A stretch of 58,220 nucleotides of DNA from Candidatus Omnitrophota bacterium (GTDB taxonomy: Bacteria > Omnitrophota > Gorgyraeia > Zapsychrales > JANLHA01): positions 1-58,220 of the forward strand of contig JAHFFT010000010.1 in assembly GCA_023247795.1 (NCBI GenBank). Direction: 5' to 3'. How positions within the stretch are numbered: position 1 is the first letter of the stretch; every line of letters begins with the position of its first letter. Of the stretch, positions 17,731 to 28,500 are shown one piece after another. Below the pieces are notes generated by a model. The model had not been told where the DNA came from. It searched no databases and saw nothing but the letters and a program-made list of their open reading frames with translations. The position numbers and the translations under genes were made by a program.

Positions 17731-19008
17731 ATGCAAAAGCATTTGTTAAAAGAGATCGTTCTTGAACAGGAAAAAGACCGTCAAGAGTTTGACGCGGGCA
17801 TCCCAAGGGCCGCGCTCAGTGTTGTTTTGCGGTACGCGTCTTTGCCTCATGCTGTGGTTGTGTCCGGGGTGCGACGTTGCGGTAAGTCAACACTTCTCAA
17901 TCAGGTTATCAATGACCATTATAAGAAGGGCGTTTATTATCTCAACTTTGAGGATGAACGGCTTGTCAATTTTAAAGTTGATGATTTCAATGATCTTTAT
18001 GAAGTATTTTTAGAACTTTATGGAGAGAAGAAAGTTTTTTTTCTTGATGAAATTCAAAATGTCCCTCAATGGGAAGTCTTTGTGCGCCGGATGCAAGGGA
18101 AAGGGCACAAATTTTTTATTACTGGGTCGAACGCGTCTTTGTTGAGTAAAGAGCTTGGTACAAAATTATCCGGCAGAAACGTTAACGTTGAATTGTTTCC
18201 GTTTTCTTTTAAGGAGTTCCTTTCCTTTATGGATTTTAATCTGTCCAAGAACGGGTTATCTTTAACGACCGAGAGGGCACTGATCAAGAAGCATTTTGCC
18301 GAATACCTTAAGCACGGGGGTATGCCTGAATACTTGAAATATCAGGATCAGACGCTTCTTAAGGGAGTTTATGATGATATTCTCTATCGTGATATCGTGG
18401 CAAGATACGATATTAAGCAGGTCAAGGCGTTGCGGGAATTGGGGCTGTATTTTTTAAGCAATATTGGCACGGCGTTTTCTTACAACAATATGAAGAAAGT
18501 CCTGGGCTTGGGCAGCATGAATACCATCAAGAGTTACGCGGATTATTTAGAGAACAGTTATCTGCTGTTCCTGGTCAGTAAATTTTCTTATTCTCTTAAG
18601 GAACAATTTGTGGCTCTTAAGAAGGTTTATTGTATTGACAATGGTCTGGCAGAGTCGGTTGCTTTTCAATTCTCCAAGAACAAGGGAAAGTTTTTGGAGA
18701 ATTTGGTTTTCCTTGAGCTGAGACGGAAGTCTTCGGAAATTTATTATTATAAAACTTCGAATAATCTAGAGGTTGACTTTCTAGTCAAGTCAGGCAAGAA
18801 GGATATAACGCTTATTCAGGTTGTGGATCATTTGGATCATGAGAAGACGAGGCAAAGGGAGGTTAACGCTCTTATGAAGGCTATGGATGAGTTAAAACTT
18901 AAAACCGGCCTTATTTTGACTGACGATACTGAGGAAAAGATGACAGCAGACGGCAAGGTCATTATAGTTAAGCCCATCTATAAGTGGCTTTTGGAAGCAG
19001 CGGTTTAG
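17731..19008 (+). CDS. AAA+ ATPase of the AAA_14 + DUF4143 (COG1373-like) type
   Basis: Same frame as track ORF 17671..19008. ATG 17731 is preferred because AAAGGAGG (17718-17725) lies 5 nt upstream. Walker A is SGVRRCGKSTLL and Walker B is VFFLDEIQ. The C-terminal half (YCIDNGL...LENLVFLEL...EVDFLV) is typical of DUF4143. Confidence 0.85.
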   Translation: MQKHLLKEIVLEQEKDRQEFDAGIPRAALSVVLRYASLPHAVVVSGVRRCGKSTLLNQVINDHYKKGVYYLNFEDERLVNFKVDDFNDLYEVFLELYGEKKVFFLDEIQNVPQWEVFVRRMQGKGHKFFITGSNASLLSKELGTKLSGRNVNVELFPFSFKEFLSFMDFNLSKNGLSLTTERALIKKHFAEYLKHGGMPEYLKYQDQTLLKGVYDDILYRDIVARYDIKQVKALRELGLYFLSNIGTAFSYNNMKKVLGLGSMNTIKSYADYLENSYLLFLVSKFSYSLKEQFVALKKVYCIDNGLAESVAFQFSKNKGKFLENLVFLELRRKSSEIYYYKTSNNLEVDFLVKSGKKDITLIQVVDHLDHEKTRQREVNALMKAMDELKLKTGLILTDDTEEKMTADGKVIIVKPIYKWLLEAAV

Positions 19009-19041
19009 AAAAGTTCACAATCCTGCAATCCGGGGCTCCGA

Positions 19042-19155
19042 TTCTTTAAAGAATTGCTTGCAAAAGAGAAATTCCGCCAAATGAAGGTTGATGTTGAACT
19101 AGGGATCATTTCTTGGCCGAATGGCGCCAATATTGCCACCGATACGTTTATTTAG
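19042..19155 (+). pseudogene. C-terminal remnant of a DUF2442-family small gene
   Basis: FFKELLAKEKFRQMKVDVELGIISWPNGANIATDTFI* matches the DUF2442 C-terminal signature (F..L.d..F.qv.vd..lG.i.WPnGaDi.pD.ly). The frame opens only at the ATPase stop codon (19006-19008) and has no N-terminal half or plausible start. Confidence 0.5.
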
Positions 19156-19369
19156 AAGCACGCCAGCTGTAAATTATTTTTGACCGCGGGTAATGGCAGG
19201 TCAATTGGAAACCGCAAGTCGTTCTCCATAAATCCCACCGTAATTCTCAAGCGCAAAGGAATGCATAGAAATATTTTTGTTAATTTTGCTCAAAAATAAA
19301 TTTTTTTAAAAGATTAAAATGTTGTAACTTGTTTAAACATAACATCTTAAATCCAACCTAAAAAAATAC

Positions 19370-19397
19370 TTGAAATTATTAGCTAAAGTGTTAAAAT
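19370..19397 (+). promoter_or_regulatory. Candidate sigma70-like promoter for gene 2
   Basis: TTGAAA (19370-19375), a 16-nt spacer, then an extended -10 TGtTAAAAT (19389-19397), about 90 nt upstream of ATG 19488. The region is AT-rich, so a chance match is possible. Confidence 0.35.
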
Positions 19398-19487
19398 CCT
19401 TCTTTACTTCAATAAGACTTTATAGAGAGGTTTTTGCATCATTTTATAACATATACGTTAATCAATCGCTATCTGAAGCTGCCGTAG

Positions 19488-19598
19488 ATGTATTCCTTTC
19501 GCACCCCAAGAGGTTACAAACCGCACACCAGGATTTTAGCCGGCCTCATCATCTTCTTTTTTATATCCAATGAACTCTTTCGATCGGTTGCCTTTGCC
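19488..19598 (+). other. Signal peptide of gene 2
   Basis: MYSFRTPRGYKPHTRILAGLIIFFFISNELFRSVAFA/NP has a basic n-region, a hydrophobic core and an A-F-A cleavage-type site. Confidence 0.6.
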
Positions 19599-22500
19599 AA
19601 TCCCATGGCGAATTCTTCTTCAGTCACCGACGAAGAAGACAAAGTAGAATTTCAAACCAGTCTACTGACCACAAATAATGCCGGCAGCGCGCCCCTTCAA
19701 CAGCCGGTGTTGGCCCCAGATACTCTTTTTAACCCAGAAATTCCAATCCAGTTCAAAAATCTTCCACTTTCCGAATTTAATTTTGAGCAAAGAGCGCGAA
19801 ATTCGGTGAGTTATCCTTACGTTGAATACGATGCCAATGGCAATAAGACCGTGTTTGTCAGTGATCAGCTGAGAATGGTCTTTGAAAAGCTCAGCAATGG
19901 GGAATTTCGAATCAAAGATTTGTTTTGCGGCCCAGAACATGCCGTTTACCGGTTTGCAGACGGCAAGCTGTTCATCACATTGGAAGGACAAAATCAAGAA
20001 TATCGTGAGGAGTTTGTCTATCAATGGGATGACCTTTGCCAGGGCGCAAACTGTCAGATTTTCTCGGCCAAGGAAAAGCTCAATCATAACGAAAATTTTG
20101 ATGTAACTCTAAATTTTTCAACAGGTTGGAACTTTTTTAGTAACCCATTTTCCGAAGCAATTTCGCTCAACTCGCTGGCGGCTGATTTTATGGAGTCAGT
20201 TTGGGCGTGGGATAACGCGGCTAAAAAATATGTCAGGGTTAATGAAGCCTTAGAGCCGGGAAAGGTTTATTGGGTGTGGGTGGATGTGGCTGGTGAGCGC
20301 AAGTTTCAAGGGCGGAAGGTCATCAATATTAACCAGCAGTTAAGTGTTGGGTGGAATCTAATAGGTTCAAGTTATGACAGCCCAAGATTAGAGAGCGTTA
20401 TTGATACGGCCCAAGTGACCGGCCCTTTATGGGATTGGAAAGATGCCAGCTATAAGGCCCATACCATCAATGAGTCTTTGGTTCTTCCAGCGGGAAAAGG
20501 TTTTTGGATCAATGTCAGTCAATCAACTCAACTCAAATTGGCTAAGCAGATTGATTCAGTATTTTTGTCGAGCTTTGACACCATGCCCCCCTTCGGAACG
20601 GTTGTGTTGAATGCGGGGAATGCTTACACGAATTCAGCAATCGTGAATCTGGCTTTAACCGCGGATGATCAGGGGTCTGGCGTGCGTCTGATGCGCTTTT
20701 CCGTGGATGAGGGATCGACTTGGAGCGAGTGGGAAGACTTTAACAAAACGAAGATGTTGGCTTTACCGACGGGCGACGGAGAGAAGAATGTCCAGGCAGA
20801 GCTGCAAGACCAGGCCGGGAATATCTCCGCGGTGACCAGTGCCAACATCATTTTAGATACCCAAGGTCCGGTCAGTACGTTTAATGTCGATTATATTTTG
20901 GATCAAGAGGTTCGGCTCAATCTAACGGCTCATGACATGCTGTCGGGACTCAAAGAGACGCGTATCTCATTTGACCAAGGAAATACTTGGACGGAATGGG
21001 AAATTTTTACCGCCGCTAAGGTGTTACCTAAACCAGTGAACGATCAGCAGCTGAATATCAGGTATCAATTGCGTGATCAGGCCGGAAACGTTTCTAGTTT
21101 TGTGGTCCCTTTGATCCAGATTGTGACGGAAATTCCGAGTTTGATTGATCAGCAGAATTGGGAATTTGAATATCACGTCGGAGATGAAACAGAAAATCGG
21201 AAAAGGATTTTTGAATTGACGAATGGGGTCAACGACTTGAGTGTTGTTGTGACAAACAACGGAAACAAGATCAATATCCGTTTTCAGGTTTTATTTTTCG
21301 AGCGCAAAGGTGATCTGACCAAGGGGGGAATCTTGCCCTATTTTAATTTTTTTGATTCCCAAGCCAATCCGGTGACGGGTTTGAGCAAAAGCCTTTTCGG
21401 CGATAATTCTGATGCCATCCATCAATACGGCACGTTTACCTATGACATGGCGCTGCGGGCCATCGCGCAGTTGCAGCAAACGGTTTTATCCACTTACGCG
21501 CAGAACCGCTCCTTTGCTTTCGGTGAGGATGCCCCGCAAACGCAGGAGGTGAATTATACGCCTAATGAAGGAGTCTTAAACACAATTCGCATCCTCAATT
21601 TTACCGGCAACTGGTGGACGACCTGGGATTTTTCTGTCTTCGGCGGACCCAACGCCTGGATCGGGATCGCGGCTTTGCAGAATTATAGTCAGCAGCCAGC
21701 CGAATGGTTGCTCAATTTCGCGAAAGAACGGGCGGATTTTCTTCTTCATCTGCAAGATAGCGACGGGGGATTAAGGCAGGGGCCGATCGGGCAATTCAGC
21801 CCGACGGCGGATTTTAGCTTTTTCTGGAACCAGAAGTCCACGGAAAATAATGAAAGTGCCCTGTATTTTTTTGACATGCTTTATCAAATGACGGGTGAGC
21901 AAAAATACAAGGATGCCGCTGATCGGATTTACGCTTGGATCAAGGCCATGTATGATCCAACACAGAAAATTTTTTCCCGAGGGGCGGTCTTTCAAAACGG
22001 CAATTGGGTCAAAGACGGTGTCGGTGTTTACGCGTCAGATACGACCAACTGGGCGCCGATCGAACGTATGCTCGACGATCCCTTTTTCGGCGCGCCCCGT
22101 CAAGAACGATTGGCGCTTTATGAACAGATGCTGACGGCCGAGGAGACGCTCACTGGCGTGCGCGACCAACAAGGTGTTTTAAAGGGCATCAGCTTTTCGC
22201 CTTCGTCGGCGGCGTTGGGTGCTATATCGATCGAGTGGTCATCGCAACTCAGCTTGCGCTATCTTCGCGTCGCGACAGAGTATGCCAAATTGAACGTCGC
22301 CAGTAAGACTTTGGAGTATTGGAATAAATATCAGCAGCTCATTTCTGGTTTAGGGCAATATTTTCAAACCGTCGAGAACGGACGTGTTGCGCCACAGGCG
22401 GTTTCTAGCGACGGGAATGCCTTGACTGTCAATACCGGTCACGGCTGGTCAACGTCATCGGCCTACGCGTCGGCGGCCAGTGGTTATTTTTACGGAATGG

Positions 22501-25500
22501 CCAAGGCAGGGTTTGATCCACTGGTCCTGCGCTCGGGTGTTGACATCAGTCATGCCATCCGTAATGCTCAAAACATTTCACCGGTCATTGTGAGTTTGCC
22601 GAATGACCAGACCGTTCTAGAGGATACCGTTGCTGGTGAACAGATGGCACTCGACATTCATCAATTTTTTTCCGATCCCAATAACGACAATTTCACAGTA
22701 ACCGCAACAAGTTCTGATGCCTCGATCCTTGATACACGTGTGCAGGGTCAACTGCTGACTTGCGTTTTGGAGCCAAACCAGCACGGGGCCGTTACTGTTA
22801 CCCTTACCGCCGATGATCATTATGGAGGGGTGGTCTCGACGTCATTTGAGGTGTTGGTCCAGGAAATGAACGATCGTCCTTTGATTGACAATGGAATCGC
22901 CGATGTCTCACTGCAAAGGAATGCTGGGCCAATAACGATCGATTTGGCTGTGACCAAGGCCTTTGCTGATGCCGAGGAAGGGACCGCGCTCGATTATCAC
23001 GTGACCAATCCTAATCAGGAAATTTTCAGTGATGTGCGTATTGTCGACGGAAAATTGATCATCGCCGTCAAACCAGATGTCTTTACGCTTACTCCGCAAC
23101 CGATCACGGTAACCGCCACCGATCATGCTCAGACACCTTTAACAACGGAATTGACATTCTTTGTGATTGTCGAGGCTGGTACTCAGCAACTCACTGTTGC
23201 GCCGATTGACGTCATAGTGCAGGAAAATACGCCAAGGGTCATTGATCTCGGAGATTTTTCGGAAGGGCAACAGGTGGATTATGTCATTGTGACGCCACCG
23301 GCCCACGGGACTTTGGGTGACAGGGTTGGCGATGATATCATCTATACCCCTCAGGATGGATACGAGGGAACGGACCAGTTTACGGTTGCTGTTACCGATG
23401 GAGTCAATGTCAGTGAACCATTGGTGGTAACAATCAACATCCAGGCCGCTATCGACGATGAGACCCTTCCCGCGAATGAAAACACTTTGATTTTGCATAT
23501 GTCACAGCAGGATGAATCGATCGAATTTGCGTTGAGGACAGGTCGCGAAGACAATTCGTCTGATATCAATATTTTGGAAGTGCCAGAAGGTGGAACATTG
23601 ATAGAGAATGGAGATGAGACCTTCCAATTCATCCCTGATGAAGATTTCGTCGGTATTGTCACGATTATTTACACAGTGATCGATCTTGAAAGCGGTCTGG
23701 GGGGCCCCCCCGAGCAGCTTTTAATCGAAGTCCATCCCGCGTCATCCGATGATATCATCCAGGATCAATCATTCGCTTCTCTTAATATCCGCAATGTTAA
23801 ATTTTTAAAACAAAGGCGTATCGATCAGCTCCGTCATGAATCCGAGCAATTCATTGCCAAAGCGCAAAGCGTCATAGCGCAAGTTCTTCATGGGCGTCTT
23901 CTGTCGCAGTTGGCCGCGGGTGAGGCCTTATTGAACCAGGTGTTAAGCAACGCGATTGACTCTTTAAACAGCCAAATCGCGCGGAAACAGGATTCACTCG
24001 ACGCTGTGAGTGATCATTTCGATGGTTTTTCTTCTTCTGCCCAGCTGACGGCAGAAATCAGCCGACGCTACCAGCAAATCCATGATATCGCGGAGACATT
24101 GACTTATCCGCTGGGATCATCGGGCGCTGTTGTCGTTTATGAAGATGGAAAAATCACAACAACAGCAACGGACGATGATGGTCAACAGATTGAAACGCAC
24201 TATGAATTCACGGTTGATGGAAAGGTTTTTCGAAGAATCACGCATCGACAAGACGAGCGATTCATCTATGACGGCGCAGGCACACTGATTGAATCCATCG
24301 ATGCGGAACATAAGCATACCATTTATTATCCCGACGGGCGTGTTCGCAAAGAGATCTGGGTCAACGCGGACGAACAAGCCTTTTGTTCGATCACAACTTA
24401 CAATGACGTGAAAGGAGAAATCATTACGAAAGTATATCGTCTGCCGGCGGGGTACGTCCCATCATCGGACAGCGCGGATCAGGATGATTGGCAAGTTGTG
24501 ACCGATTCCCTTCTAGGGCAGGATGGAAGTTCGATGCAGGTCCTGACCCATTATCTTGACCGTGAAAAAATTGACCGATGGATCACCGATCACCATCGGA
24601 ATGTTTTTGGTGATTCTCTGGAAGCGACTTATGGCCCGGACGGATATCCTTTGGAGGACCGCGTCCTGTACATTTTGAAAAATCATCCTGAACTGGTCAC
24701 GGTTTTGGGTCTTTCTCACGCCAAGTCGGCCCTGGATGAGTGGACCGCGGATAACCATCGTAATCCTTTTGGGGATTTCCTGGGAACAGCATTGCCTCAA
24801 AATGTCGAGAAATATCAGTACCTGATCGAACATCATTTTGAAGACGATGGTTTCAAAGATTATCTGACCAAGGGGTTGAATGTCATTGAAGATACCGCGG
24901 TGGTGCAGAGCGGTTTTATTTTCATGATGGACAATCAATTTTCATTAATGTCTGTTGTAAACCCTCAAGGTCAAGCGGTTGCTCTAACTGGAACTCCCTA
25001 TCAGGTCATGGAAGAAAATATCGATACCAACCCTTATCTTGAACAGTCTAGGATGAATCTCTATAACGCTCTCAAGGATGATTTTTCGATCACATCGATT
25101 GAAGATATTGTTTTTAATCGCGCGGGCTTTTTGGCGCTGCCCAATGAAAACGGCCAGGGGTTAAGGCAATTTCTCAGTTTGGAATTTGAGTACGGAGGGT
25201 TTTCTTTTGAATACCGCGTTGATTTGGCCACGAGAGTGGTCAGCGTATCACCAAAAACACTGGAGATGTTGAACATTTTCAAGAAATCCAAGGCGGCGGT
25301 GGCAGGATATTTTACCGGGATGGGCCAGACCCGAGATGTTAAAGACATGAAGGTGCTTGTGCTCAATCAGATGCTGTGGCGTGACGGTTCGTTGGGCGGG
25401 TATCTCAGCTCAACGGAGGTTTCACACGAGCGTACGCCGGGGTATTCAATCCTCATCGCGGTTGGCGATAAAACATTTCAGGTCCATAGTGATCAAGAGG

Positions 25501-28500
25501 GGTTGACCGTTCTGATTGACCCCAAATTATTACTTCAGCAAGAGCTCATCAAAAAGGCGATCGAGGATTTGGCGTCACGACTTTCCGTCGCTAAGAATGA
25601 CATCAATTTTCTGCAATCATTTGAACAAAATTTTACCAGCGGCACATTGGGAGGGTACAATCCCGCGGGTAGCCAGGAAAAACAAAAGGGATATTCATTC
25701 ATTTTGAAATTAGGCGAAGTGCAGTTTGAATATCACGCGGATTTGACCAATGTTTTTTTGGATCCGGTCCAAATTCAGAGCATCTCAGCCATCAATCGAA
25801 CGAGAAATAGTTTGGTAAGTGTTCTGGGGTTGGAACTTTCCTCCATCAATCTGTTAGACGTTGAAAGGCTGGATGACGGATTCCATGTGACTGTTACTTC
25901 ATCAGTACAAGATCAACGGTTTTTCTATACGTATCTCCAGCGTGACAACTTGACGGAAATACCCGACGAGGTTGTCACCAAGGCCAGTGCTTATCTAGGA
26001 CGTGCCCGTTTGGATCTTGCCAATTTATTGGGTGTTCCTCAGGCGAATATCACGATTGCTGGTCTTGAAGAGCGCGATGATCAACCATTGCGGATCGTCT
26101 TAAATTATAAGAACGTTCTTTTTGAATATACGGTTGTCGATGGGACCCCTCAGCTCTTAACCGATGTCCGCGCCTCGGCACCGTTTGTGGAACGCGCTCG
26201 GGCAGCGTTGGCCGTATTTTTACAGATTGACATCAAAGATATCCAGGTCGGCTATGTTCAAAAAATAACATGGGATGACGCGAGCCTCGGTGGGTATCGG
26301 ACGAATCAAGGGACATCGGCGGTGAACGGTTATACCATCACTCTTATCTACGGGGGTGAAAATTTTGAATATCATACCAGTCAGACCGAAGTCGTTCTGG
26401 ATCCTCTGCGACGGGAGGCCCAACCGCTCATGGGTGTTGTCAAAAATTATTTGGCTTTAGCGTTATCAGGGAAAGCAAAGGATATCATCGTCTCATCTAT
26501 CCATCGCGCGGTATGGGATCAGTCAATGATGGAAGGGTTTGCCGACATTCCACTGACGTTCAATGCCTGGCCGGCCACGGATGTTCAAATCAATTTGCGG
26601 TTGCAGGGCAAAAATTTTGAATTCCGCACTTTTGGACAAAAACTCTACGTCGCTCATCGACCACAACCAGGACCGGTTTATCAATATCGTATTGAATACG
26701 ATCATAACGGCCGACTGAAGCAGATCACTAACGTGGACGGAGGAATTTTGGTCTTTAACGCGGATCAGCGGATCGATCGTCTGGAGTATCAAAACGGTCG
26801 CCAAGAAATTTATCAGTACGCGAAGAATCGATTTGATAGTCTGGAGATGAAGGCCTATCGTACCGGAGAACTCATTAGTAAGTCGATCAAAATCAAACCC
26901 CCGGATGAAAAAATATTTCATCTGAAGATCTTTCCCCTGAACAGCCAGGTTTCCGCAACGCAACGGGATGCGCAACTTTCTTCCGATGCCGATGAGGCAG
27001 CGTTGGATGCTCAGGAGAAAATTCAGGCGGCCAAACAGCAATTGCTTCAGACTTTGCATGAAAAACTTCAGCAATATCAACAGCTTTTTTCGTCCTTGTC
27101 GATACTAGCGCAATCTCACGGTGTCTCTGATGAAGAGCAGATCCGATTGACGCAGTTGCATTCTTTGTTGGAGGATAGTAGGTACGCCGCGTCTTTAAAC
27201 GAATTGATCAACGACTATCTGGGTTTCATCAATTCGGAGGTTATCAATTCCTCGGCCGTCGCGCATTCATTCAATATCAATGATGCTGATGAATCGGCCG
27301 GGGATAATTTTTATACCTATGATGCTGCCGTCGAGGTCATTGCCGCGGTCAATATGTCCTTGAGAGAAAGTCAATTGGGCCATCAAACAAACGCGAATAT
27401 TTGGCGTCAGCGAGCGAACGCGCTTGCCCAACGATTACTATCGACGGAAAAGGACGCGAAGGGAGTGAAAAAGGGATATGCTGTTCCCGATAACTATGTG
27501 GATAACGGTGTCGCCAAGGCCGGATTACAGGTCCCTTTTAGCATTGAGATTGAAGATAACACTCCGTCGGACTTGTATTTCCGTACCGGGGCGCAGTTTT
27601 GGGATGCCTGGGCAGTGCTTTGGCTGCTCAAACAATTTCCTAATATCGAGAATGCCGCTGTTCTGAAAAGCAATGTCACCAGCCTCCTGGAAACTTTGAT
27701 CCATGAATATTACATCACTAACCAACCCCAAGGTCTTCAGCAGCACACCTTCACCGGCGGGATGGGGGTCTATGGGATCCCTGGTGAGCGTCCTATCGAT
27801 TATTCTGTTTTTAGCGCGGACGCTAAAATTCCCTGGTCGAGCACCGAGCATAATACCGACGCTGGTTTTGTCTTGATGCTCGCGGGAGAGGTTTTGGGAA
27901 ACAGCAGATACACCGACATGGCTCGAGAGGTCATTGATGCTTTAAGAACACAGTTGTGGGACCCTGTTCATCAGCGTTTTTATGCAGGCGCCCTTGGCAC
28001 GACTCCGGATTTTTCTCCGGCCTTAGATATCACAAGTTGGTCGGCCTTGCTCATGGACCAGGCCGGGTATACCGATATCGCGGATAAGGCCATGGTCAAC
28101 GCGTCTATATTCGCGGTCACAGAACATTATAATGACGGAACCGCGATCACCGGATATAAGCCGTACCTTTTTTCGCGTTTGACTCCGGGATTATGGCCGG
28201 AAGGTTGGTCCGGTGTTATCTTGGCGCGTTTGGATAATGGGCTGCGCGACACTCGGTCGTACTTGCAGGGGATTCAAGATCTTAACGAGCTCATTGAATT
28301 GAGAGAAAGAAGGGGAGGCCCGTTACCTTATTACACCAAGGATGACCTGATTTTTGAAATGCGCGATTGGGAAGCCCTGATCTCAACTCTTTGGTTAATG
28401 CTGGTCTTAAATCCACAATCATTTATGGGGACCGGAGAGACCGTCATCACCAGAACGATTCCTTTTTCAGAGCTCATCGCTCAGTTGGAAGATCAAATCA

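Noticed and set aside
19370-19573. 67-aa plus-strand track ORF starting at TTG 19370
   Set aside because: Its start codon is the candidate -35 hexamer. It runs out of phase across the AT-rich leader and the real start of gene 2 (ATG 19488, a different phase).
23699-23711. GGGGGGCCCCCCC palindromic homopolymer pair inside gene 2 as a possible phase-variation tract
   Set aside because: Runs of 6 G and 7 C are short for slipped-strand switching, and the frame is intact. It is worth noting only as a site where sequencing errors could falsely break the ORF.
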